DNA of 64,000 bases. Source: Myxococcales bacterium. Lineage in GTDB: Bacteria; Myxococcota_A; Bradymonadia; UBA7976; UBA1532. The notes beneath the pieces were generated by a model. The model had not been told where the DNA came from and searched no databases. It worked only from the letters and a program-made list of their open reading frames with translations. This document shows, in pieces, positions 17,234-26,500 of this stretch. Position 1 is the first letter of the stretch, and the number at the start of each line of letters is the position of its first letter. The translations under genes were made by a program, and so were the position numbers. The stretch covers positions 123,420 to 187,419 of the forward strand of contig PCCS01000017.1 in assembly GCA_002731825.1 (NCBI GenBank), written 5' to 3'.

Positions 17234-19980
17234 GATTGGCTCTCAGTTGAGTCCGACTCGGGCAGAAATGCCGAGTTGGCCTCATGGGCATTTCGCAGCG
17301 CGATTGCCTCTTCACGCTCACGAGTCGCATCAGCGTGCCGATTGAGGGTCTCGAAAAAATCCGCGAGTCGGTCGTGAGTCGCCGCCGCTTCTAAATTACA
17401 ACCGGCTTCGACAAACTGGGTCATTGACTCTTGATACTTTTCAATGGCTCGCTTTGCGTGCTTTTGACGACCTTGGTCGCCACTCGCGCCGTACTTAGTG
17501 ACAAACAATTCCGCCGTCATCCGCTGCAGTTGTCCGTGAAGACGAGGAATATCTAATTCCTGCGACAACTCCTCAGCCAGTTCCAATTCAGCCACGGACT
17601 CTGACCATTTTTCATTTCGCATGAGAATCGCGGCACGATTTAAACGAATACTGGCGAGCGCTCGAGGGTTCGCCCCAAGATCGGCCCACTGCAAAGCTCT
17701 ATCAAAATAGTCGGCCGCGTCTACAAGTTTATCCTGGCTCAAGTAAGCCTCACCTAAGTTGCCACCAAGCATTGCTTGAAGACCACTATCGCCAATGAGC
17801 GAGGCGAGTTCGAGGCCCTCATTCCATGCATCGATCGCCTTGTCGGTAAGCCCTTGATTGAGCCAGGTCGCTCCGAGGTTGCACAAGCCTGCGGCCACCC
17901 CCCTTGGGTCATCGCATGCATTTCTCAGTTTAATTGCGCGTCGGTAAAAACGCTCCGCTTCTTGGAGGTCACCACGGTCGTAATACAGACTGGCTATGGC
18001 ATCCGCTGTCATTCCAAGACCATGTTGATTGCCCAATTGCTCATATGTCCTCTCGGCTTTCCTATAGGATTGAAGCGCTTCTACATGACGCCCCTTGAGC
18101 CAGTAAACTCGACCCATTTGAACACAGGTTTTAGCGAGTCCATCTTTGATATTCTTCTCTTCGTACAGGCGCATGGCAGATTCGAAATGTCTTTCGGCTC
18201 TCTCATACCGGCCCGCGCCGGCTTCTGCTTCACCAATTCGCACAAGCGCATCAGCTCCCTGCTCTCGCTCTCGTAATTGCCACGCCATGTGCAGTGCTGT
18301 TTGAAAGCTCACAAGTGCACCATCATGATCTCCGAGGGCAAGCCGTGCCTGACCAAGGCCTATCGCTATGTGGAGCCGTGTTGGGCGGTCGTCTTCTTGG
18401 ACGAGAGCATCAGCTTGCTCGTAATAGAGTTTAGCCTCACTGGGAATATGCTCATTCAATGCTTCTGTCGCGGCCCGAATGTTATAACGAACAGCACGTG
18501 TCTTATTTCCTGAATACTCTGCATGCCGGGCCAGTTCGACCAAATACTCTCTGTCACTGTGATCTGAATGGACCCTCAACCACTGCTCGACCACGGCATG
18601 CAGTCGTTGACGCGCCGCCTCTGGTACGATGGTCGCAGCCACCTTATGATGGAGCGATGAGCGAAACATCCAGGCATCCTCTGCCGTCAAACGTGTTTCC
18701 TCTTTTTGGATGAATCGTAGGGCGGCAAGTCGCTCGAGGGACCGGCTGATAGACCAGCTCAAATTATCGCGAACGGTATCGCCAGGTTCTGGCATTTGAA
18801 GTATGTCTCGTCGCTCGATTGCAACAATTGTCCCGGTCCAAAAAACGGGTCCTACAACAGCTGCAAGCCCCAAAACCGTTCGATCTCGCGGCGACAAGGT
18901 CCCCAATCTTGCAAGGATAACGCCTTCGAGGTCTTCGGGCCACTCCAAGTCCCAACAGACACTTTCATCGACAATGTACTGACCAGCTTGAACCCGAATC
19001 GCACCCGCCTCGCCGAGGTAGTGAAGCATGGATTTAATGGCCCATGGATTGCCCCGTGCCCGCTCGACAATGCGTTCGACCAGCTCATCCGGCACGTCTT
19101 TGAGGCCTGAGAGAAATATTTTGACGATCTCTTGGCTACTCTTTTTCGGAAGCGCGCCTACGGTGGTCACAGGGAATCGCTCCCAACCAGGCAGGATCTG
19201 TGTCAATTCGGGTGTGCCAGTCAGCAACATCATGGCCGGCCTGTCCTTGAGTGACGCTTCAAACGCCCCCATGAGTGCCAGGCTTGAACTGCTGCCTCGA
19301 TTCGCCTGAGCAACGATCAGAAGGAGCGGTTCACTGGCCACGGCCGTCAGAAGGCGCGATAACGCACCCACACCTCGACTCACGACAGCTTCACCATCCC
19401 CCTCATTCGTGGGTTTCTGACCTTCAAAATGATAGCCGAGGAGATCAGCTATGGCACGGGTAACCTCCGCAGCTTCTTCCTGTAAATACTCATTAACGCC
19501 AGACCTCAGTAAGTCCGCAACCTCAATGCCTGTAGCCGTGTCAGGGATTTCAAACAGCTCTCGAAGTATGACATCCCATAATCGATACGGCCCCCCGCGT
19601 TCAGGACACCGAACGCGGATGATTTTAGCATCGGGTTCCCTTTTCTTAGCATCGGCTGCTAAACGACGGGTGATCTGACTCTTACCCATACCAAATTCGG
19701 AGACCAAAAGATGAAGTCGACTTGTCCAGGTAGACACAGTCGTCGACCAGCCATCCAACAACTCATTGAGGACTTTGTCTCGACCGATGAGCCGATTCGG
19801 AAGTCGTGCTGGATTCCATGGGAATGGGGGCCAGCCGGCGACCATCTCTGGCTCCTGAGTTGTCGCAATATCAAGTTCGAATGCCAGCTCATTGCCGGGT
19901 CTCGCGGGGAGTAGCGTTAAGCACTCTTCGCAAAATGGAAAGCCACTGACATTCTCATGCTGACAAGATGGACATTTCAT
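17230..19980 (-). CDS. Zinc-ribbon + STAND/AAA ATPase-like + TPR-repeat protein
   Basis: CPSC..CEEC ribbon; LIGRDKVL; Walker A SEFGMGKS; ARGNPWAI; ARLGTL...AAVVG; multiple C-terminal TPRs. Confidence 0.85.
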   Translation of the reverse strand: MKCPSCQHENVSGFPFCEECLTLLPARPGNELAFELDIATTQEPEMVAGWPPFPWNPARLPNRLIGRDKVLNELLDGWSTTVSTWTSRLHLLVSEFGMGKSQITRRLAADAKKREPDAKIIRVRCPERGGPYRLWDVILRELFEIPDTATGIEVADLLRSGVNEYLQEEAAEVTRAIADLLGYHFEGQKPTNEGDGEAVVSRGVGALSRLLTAVASEPLLLIVAQANRGSSSSLALMGAFEASLKDRPAMMLLTGTPELTQILPGWERFPVTTVGALPKKSSQEIVKIFLSGLKDVPDELVERIVERARGNPWAIKSMLHYLGEAGAIRVQAGQYIVDESVCWDLEWPEDLEGVILARLGTLSPRDRTVLGLAAVVGPVFWTGTIVAIERRDILQMPEPGDTVRDNLSWSISRSLERLAALRFIQKEETRLTAEDAWMFRSSLHHKVAATIVPEAARQRLHAVVEQWLRVHSDHSDREYLVELARHAEYSGNKTRAVRYNIRAATEALNEHIPSEAKLYYEQADALVQEDDRPTRLHIAIGLGQARLALGDHDGALVSFQTALHMAWQLREREQGADALVRIGEAEAGAGRYERAERHFESAMRLYEEKNIKDGLAKTCVQMGRVYWLKGRHVEALQSYRKAERTYEQLGNQHGLGMTADAIASLYYDRGDLQEAERFYRRAIKLRNACDDPRGVAAGLCNLGATWLNQGLTDKAIDAWNEGLELASLIGDSGLQAMLGGNLGEAYLSQDKLVDAADYFDRALQWADLGANPRALASIRLNRAAILMRNEKWSESVAELELAEELSQELDIPRLHGQLQRMTAELFVTKYGASGDQGRQKHAKRAIEKYQESMTQFVEAGCNLEAAATHDRLADFFETLNRHADATREREEAIALRNAHEANSAFLPESDSTESQS

Positions 19981-20137
19981 CTGAGCGCGTCCTTCGTTGA
20001 ATTGTGCTTCATTCGAGTCATAAGCCCGTCGCGGCCTGTACTCAATTGCCCCGGATTGGCGCTATATACACGGAAAAGAGAAGAAACCCCAGGCCAATTT
20101 TGTCTCTGCGGCGGACCGAAAAAAGGGGTGGCCTACC

Positions 20138-21367
20138 CTACCGCTGTTCATAGGGCCGGCAATCGAGCATGCAGACCTCATCGAGACAGTGGCCTTCCTC
20201 ACATCCTCCATTCTCTGCGCAGGACTCACCAGATTGGGGCATGGGTTGACAAACCCCATCGATACAGATGGCGCCTCCATTACAAAAACGAGGGCGTCCA
20301 AAATGCGATCCACAGGGGGAGCCCACCGGAGGTAATGGCTCGCAAACACCGGTCAGAGACTGTGCGTCGGAGTCGATACCTGAACAGAAGAGACCCGCCG
20401 CACACCAGAGTTCAGGCGCCGCTTGGGCCGGCCGACACGGCGAACCAAGTTGAGGCCTCTCTTGACACCCGCCCATCCGGGAGTTGGGGTCGTCCAACGA
20501 AGAGACGCAAATCAGGTCAAGCCCACAGTTCTCATTGGCTCCATCACCCTCGATTATCGTGCAACTCTCACCATCAGATTTTGAGAAGACTTGGTCAAAG
20601 GGAACACAGGTTCGAGGGGTGGTGGAACCGCAGACAAGTCCTGGGCGGCATTTCACAAAATCACAAGGTTGGTTGACATCAGCGCGTAAGTCCAAGAACT
20701 GCTTCTTGACGCAAATTTGGCTCGTGTCACAATCGAGACCGGCCAGACATTGATTCTCACCGTCAATTGCGCAGCGTTCGCCCTCTAATGAAAACGCCTG
20801 ACACCGCGACTCGCACCCGTTATCACCTGGGCAAAAACCGCCATTACATTCACTGTCTATGGAACACGGCTGCCCGATGTCGATGGTGCCTTCTATGGGT
20901 CCGGCACACGCCGCCTCAAAATCTTCGCGATCAACCTGCTGACAGCTGCTGCCATCGATGGCTTCGATACAGCGGGCCAGCGCATTGGGTACATAGACGA
21001 CACGACCGGCTTGCACTGCCATTTCAATGTCGGTCAATCCTCGACCGAGACTCTCGGTCAAGGCCGAAATACAGTGGTCACGGTAGAGGATGAAGGTGGT
21101 TCGAATATCGGGGTAACAGCGTCGAAAAGCGTCACAATAGGCCTCGGCCACGCGCATCGCTATTTCACTCGCTGCAAACTGCTGCGGAACATCTGGAAGA
21201 CGCCGCGTATCCGATTCACTGCACCCAGCCCACATCGGGCTCAATGCCAAGGTGAAGACAATGGCAATCGGGGCCTTCTTACAGGCGACTGTGAGGTGTT
21301 CAAGGGACATCTTCAACGGCATCCACCTATTTTTTATTACGTTCACTGTACGAAAAGAGTCAGACAT
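20138..21367 (-). CDS. Cys-rich lipoprotein (myxobacterial Dickkopf/EB-like repeats)
   Basis: Lipobox WAGC; AYCDAFRRC helical Cys domain, then repeated G..C....C..GL.C units. Start probably later (about 21322/21310). Confidence 0.7.
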   Translation of the reverse strand: MSDSFRTVNVIKNRWMPLKMSLEHLTVACKKAPIAIVFTLALSPMWAGCSESDTRRLPDVPQQFAASEIAMRVAEAYCDAFRRCYPDIRTTFILYRDHCISALTESLGRGLTDIEMAVQAGRVVYVPNALARCIEAIDGSSCQQVDREDFEAACAGPIEGTIDIGQPCSIDSECNGGFCPGDNGCESRCQAFSLEGERCAIDGENQCLAGLDCDTSQICVKKQFLDLRADVNQPCDFVKCRPGLVCGSTTPRTCVPFDQVFSKSDGESCTIIEGDGANENCGLDLICVSSLDDPNSRMGGCQERPQLGSPCRPAQAAPELWCAAGLFCSGIDSDAQSLTGVCEPLPPVGSPCGSHFGRPRFCNGGAICIDGVCQPMPQSGESCAENGGCEEGHCLDEVCMLDCRPYEQR

Positions 21368-21405
21368 GGTTGCACCTGGGCCAAGGGTATCGCAAAGTAG
21401 ACGGT

Positions 21406-21963
21406 ATGTTACCGATCACGCCAGATGAATTGAAGATATGCCCCGCTTTCCGTGGTTTATCAGACCCCGATTTTAAGCAACTCGTGGTTTGCATGAGCCG
21501 ACGTTATTTGGCTCATGCCGGCATGGTCCTGTTCGAAAACGAAGTCGACTCCGATGCTGCCTATGTGATCCAATCAGGGATTCTGGTCGCCGAAATGCCG
21601 GTCGAAGGCGGCGTCGCGGTGGAGATGGCAAAAATGGGGCCGGGCGCTGTTGTGGGCGAACTCTGTTTGATCAGGGGTGGCCCTCGAAGCCTCCGAGTGA
21701 AGGCCATCTCTGAAGCCTACTTGATTCGAATCGACCGAGAGAAATTTGTAGATTTAAGGCGTGCAAAAAACTCCGCTGCCTATACGGTGATTCGCAACAT
21801 TTGTCTGACCATGTGCGACCGGCTGCGAAAATCAAATGAGTTTATCGAACGCGAACTGCGACATGAAACGCCGATGGCGGCCGATTTCACCAGCACAAGC
21901 GAGGAGTCCCTCGCGGAGCGCGCGCGCACGTACCTGAGTAAACTCTTTGGACGAGGGAGCTGA
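21406..21963 (+). CDS. Stand-alone cyclic nucleotide-binding domain protein
   Basis: FRGLSD; phosphate-binding cassette VGELCLIRGGPRS; no HTH or other effector. Likely start MLPITP at 21406 (ORF track 21370). Confidence 0.85.
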   Translation: MLPITPDELKICPAFRGLSDPDFKQLVVCMSRRYLAHAGMVLFENEVDSDAAYVIQSGILVAEMPVEGGVAVEMAKMGPGAVVGELCLIRGGPRSLRVKAISEAYLIRIDREKFVDLRRAKNSAAYTVIRNICLTMCDRLRKSNEFIERELRHETPMAADFTSTSEESLAERARTYLSKLFGRGS

Positions 21964-21968
21964 GGGCG

Positions 21969-22439
21969 ATGGATGCGAACCGACTGCGCTTTGTAGATGC
22001 GCTTGAAGAATTTACGGATCGAGAGCTGGAACTGCTCGCGAGTGTGATGCACGTCCGGCAATATGTCGGCGGCGAACACGTCTTTAGAAAAGGGGATCGT
22101 GCAAGCGCGTGCTACATTGTTTTAGCGGGTAGTATCGAGGTCGTTGTTCCGGGAGCAACTCAAGAAGGCAACACCGTCGCGACCCTAACGGCTGGTCGAA
22201 TGTTCGGTGAGATCGCATTGGTCGATGGCGGATTGAGATCGGCCAATTGCCGTGCGGCTGCCGATGGAGCAGAATTGTGTCTCCTCGGTCGAAATGAGTT
22301 CGACCAAATTTTTAACGGAACCAATGACTTCGCGTTTAAATTACTCGATTTAATCGGGGACCGGGTGGTCGAGAATGTCCGACGTGCTGCGGGAGAATTG
22401 CTGAGCGTTGTCCTCAAGGAGCGCAACCAAGGGCTTTAA
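21969..22439 (+). CDS. Stand-alone cyclic nucleotide-binding domain protein
   Basis: VFRKGD, YIVLAGSIEV, FGEIALVDGGLRSA; 5 bp after the previous gene. Confidence 0.88.
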   Translation: MDANRLRFVDALEEFTDRELELLASVMHVRQYVGGEHVFRKGDRASACYIVLAGSIEVVVPGATQEGNTVATLTAGRMFGEIALVDGGLRSANCRAAADGAELCLLGRNEFDQIFNGTNDFAFKLLDLIGDRVVENVRRAAGELLSVVLKERNQGL

Positions 22440-22446
22440 CTCGCAT

Positions 22447-22800
22447 TCACTCGCGGGGAACTCGGCTTAAACGAATGGGATTCTTTTTCAAACACGCTTT
22501 CGCTGCGCCTACATCCTTCATCCCTAAGCGGCCTAAAAACTCTTTACAGGCCGCCGAGTAGAACTCCTTCGACAGCCCCTTATGAACCGCCATATAGGCG
22601 GCGCCATAGCCCATCAGGAATGACACGAGAAGGGCGAGTATCTTATGGGCTAAAAAATAAGGTCTCCATACGGAGAAAACCAATACGACAACGGTCAAAA
22701 AGAACAAAAGCATGCACAACATCGCGATGATGTCCCACTTTGCCTCAACCTGAGATTTGATCTCGTTGTATTGGTTAACGGTGCTTGCGAGGTAATACAT
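22447..22800 (-). CDS. Small hypothetical membrane protein (2 TM)
   Basis: 117-aa ORF filling the gap between genes, two hydrophobic helices. Confidence 0.55.
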   Translation of the reverse strand: MYYLASTVNQYNEIKSQVEAKWDIIAMLCMLLFFLTVVVLVFSVWRPYFLAHKILALLVSFLMGYGAAYMAVHKGLSKEFYSAACKEFLGRLGMKDVGAAKACLKKNPIRLSRVPRE

Positions 22801-22902
22801 AAAACCAGTAGTCGGATCGTTTAGACACTATTTACAAAGCAAGCGGACGCCCGCGTCAAGTTGTGTTTGTGTTTGACATCATAAGGCGAGATTAGAATTT
22901 AG

Positions 22903-23301
22903 CTATTCTGCCGGCGCCCCCGCTTCGATCCAACGGCGAACGAGGTTGAGCCTCGCGTCATCCAATGGGACAGAAGGCGGCATCGGGTCACCCGCCGTGG
23001 GTGCCTCTTGAGTAAGTTTCTCGTGCAAATATGAGTCCATTAAAGACCCTGGCACCACAAGTCGCCTGCCTGGTACAGCGGTTGAGACGGCGTCGATCAA
23101 TGCGGGCAAGGGTTCGGGCTTCAAAACCAGACCTCCCGCCCCAAGTTCAGGTCCGTGGCAGGCTGCGAAACTACATCCATTGAGGAAGATGTTTTTAACC
23201 TCTACAAGGTCAAGCTCTGCGCCTTCATCGACGTCTGTATCGCTGCCGCATGCAAAGGACAAAACCAAACACAGATAGAGCCATTTAAATCGTCTAATCA
23301 T
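22903..23301 (-). CDS. Small lipoprotein with cytochrome c-like CX4CH motif
   Basis: Lipobox SFAC; CSFAACH; VVPGSLMDSYL..KL and downstream MPP, WIEAGA, resembling Planctomycete/myxobacterial cytochrome-c-like domains. Confidence 0.65.
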   Translation of the reverse strand: MIRRFKWLYLCLVLSFACGSDTDVDEGAELDLVEVKNIFLNGCSFAACHGPELGAGGLVLKPEPLPALIDAVSTAVPGRRLVVPGSLMDSYLHEKLTQEAPTAGDPMPPSVPLDDARLNLVRRWIEAGAPAE

Positions 23302-23587
23302 ACATCCAACTAAATCACATATTGCATCAATAAATCTCCCCGGATGTGTACTGTATCAATTGTTCCGAAATTATCCCAACCACCACCGAAATCTGCGCGA
23401 TTTTTATCTCTCTCAGGTCAGCCGAAAAATATTTAACTGTCCTTATGTGGCCAATAGCACTTTAAGTCGCCCAATAACTTCAGTTTGGGTTATGGTGGTG
23501 TGTGTGCGAGCTGTGTCGGTTTTGGGTCAGGAATGACTCCGGTATTGAAACACAGATTGTGAAGCGCGTTTAAAGGATTCTTGGTCA

Positions 23588-26500
23588 ATGAAGAAGTCAT
23601 ATGGCAGCCCAGAGTTTGTCCGTTCTCTAAGAGGAACGACAAACACGGTGTTTAAGCCGGCCTTCGGTATCGGAGTCCTCGTCGCGCTTATGGCCATCGG
23701 AACAGCTGGATGTAGTTCCACGGACGTCGGCGCAAGTAACTATCGCTGTATGGACGATTCCGACTGCAGAACTGGCTTAATTTGCCATCCCGTCCGACAA
23801 GCATGCGAACCGCCCGCCGTTATCGTTGATGGTGGAATGAGCGGCGACTGTCGGATGGCGCTAAATGCCTGCGCGGCTGGTTTTTCATGCCAATTTGTAA
23901 TGGATACATGGTCATGCCTTCCGGGTGAAGCGTCAGACGCGGGTGGTCCATCATGCTCAGATCAGGCCAGAAACGGTCGTGAAACGGACGTCGATTGCGG
24001 AGGTCCTACGTGTAATGGGTGCAGGGCGGGTAAGCTCTGCTTAGAATCGACGGACTGCTTGTCTCTGGTCTGCAATAATAATCGCTGTGCCGAGATCAGT
24101 TGTGATGACGGAGTCCTAAACGGTAACGAAACCAGCACGGACTGCGGCGGAGACTGTACGGGTTGTGGTGTCGGGGCAGCCTGCAACGACGGAGCCGATT
24201 GTCTGAGCGGCGTCTGTGTCGACGGGCGATGTGCGAGTCCAACATGTGAAGACAATGTCGCGAATCAAGGCGAGTCAGACATTGACTGCGCTGGTCCATG
24301 CTCCCTGTGCGATGTGGGCCAAATGTGTCGAATGAACGGGGATTGCCTGACGGATTTCTGTATCGATGAAATCTGCCGCTCGGCGACATGCATGGATTCC
24401 ATCCGAAATGGTGATGAAAGCGATGTCGACTGTGGCGGCGCGTGTCCTGCATGCGAGGCGGGTCGTGCATGCCTTAGACCACAAGATTGCACAAGCGGTG
24501 TATGTGACGATGGCGTCTGCCAAGAACCCCGATGTGGTGACGGCGTCATCAATGGCGATGAGACCTGTGATGACGGCAACGAAATCGACTCTGATGCGTG
24601 TCGGAATACCTGCATACAAGCGACCTGCGGTGACGGGGTCATACAAACGGGCGTTGAAGAATGCGACGATGGCAATGACAATCAATTCGACGCCTGTACG
24701 AACGTATGCGTCAGTGCACGCTGCGGCGACGGACTTGTTCAGATCGATGTTGAGACCTGCGATGATGGCAATGACGTCGACACTGACCTGTGCCTAAACA
24801 CATGCCAAACTGCGCGATGCGGCGACGGTGTGATTCAAGCTGGAGTCGAGGCCTGTGATGACGGAAATGCCATCGATACAGATGCGTGTTTGACGACGTG
24901 TCAGACCGCTCGGTGCGGCGACGGGGTCATCTTTCCTGATTTGGAGGACTGCGATGATGGCAATCAATCAGATAATGATGGGTGTACTAATCGATGTGCT
25001 TTTGCGAGTTGCGGTGATGGCCTGATCAACGAGGCGGTCGAAGAGTGTGACGACGCCAATGCCAATAACAACGATGCTTGCACAAACATGTGTCGGAATG
25101 CCCGCTGCGGTGATGGCATTGTCCACAATGGTATCGAGGACTGTGACGATGGTAACGGATCGGATACCGATGCCTGTACGAATACATGTGCGGAGGCATT
25201 GTGTGGGGACGGCTTTGTTCGCAGCGGCGTCGAAGAATGCGATGATGGCAACTTAGATGACGAAGACAGCTGTCGGGCTGACTGTCGAAACGCACGGTGT
25301 GGTGACGGCGTCATCAACATCGAACAGGAAACCTGTGATGATGGTAATCTCATCGATACCGATGCCTGTACGAGTGAATGCAGAGATGCACGCTGCGGCG
25401 ATGGGATCGTCTATCCAAACACAGAGCAATGCGACGACGGCAATGTCATCGATACAGACGCCTGCCTAAACTCATGTACCCGAGCCGAATGTGGAGATGG
25501 TGTTGTCGAAGCAGGTCGAGAGGATTGCGATGACGGGAATGACGACGATAATGATGCCTGCCCAACCAGTTGCCGCTTTGCATCGTGCGGCGATGGCCTC
25601 ATTCAGAATGGTCTCGAAGAATGCGACGATGGCAATCAGAGCAACGCCGACGGGTGTCTAAACAATTGCATTGCTGCCCGCTGCGGCGATGGCTTTGTGC
25701 AAGACGGGCTTGAACAATGCGACGATGGAAATCAAAACGATCAGGACGGCTGCCTGAATAGCTGCGCGACAGCACGGTGCGGAGACGGAGTTGTGTGGCC
25801 AGACATCGAAGAATGCGATGATGGAGATAATGACGACGATGATGCATGTACAACTCAATGCATGAATGCCCGATGTGGCGATGGTTTTGTCCGTGGTGGA
25901 TTCGAGCAGTGTGACGATGGCAACCGATTTAATTCCGATGACTGCTTAAATGATTGCACCGCCTCTTTTTGCGGTGATGGCATCGTTCGTATCGATGCAG
26001 AAGCCTGTGATGATGGCAATGATGTTGATTCGGATCTCTGCACCAACGGCTGCGAATTTGCGGTGTGCGGTGATGGGATTGTTCGAATTGGCCAAGAAAC
26101 GTGTGACGACGGCAATCTCGAGGATGGCGATGGTTGCGATTCAAATTGCACGACGACGTCCTGCGGAAACAACATTCTCAATGCAGGTGAAGAGTGCGAT
26201 GACGGCAACGACATCGATGGTGATGGATGCGACTCTAACTGTACTGAAACCCGCTGTGGAAATGGTGTCATTACAGGGGATGAGGAATGTGAAGATGGCA
26301 ATGGAATAGACGGCGATGGCTGTGACAGTAACTGCACTCAAACGGCCTGCGGCAATGGCATTGTCACAGATGCAGAGACCTGTGATGACGGAAATGACAT
26401 TGATGGGGATGCCTGCGATTCCAATTGTACCATACCCGCTTGTGGCAACGGGATCGTGGCCCCTGGCGAGCAATGTGACGATAACAATCTCGCGGATGGG

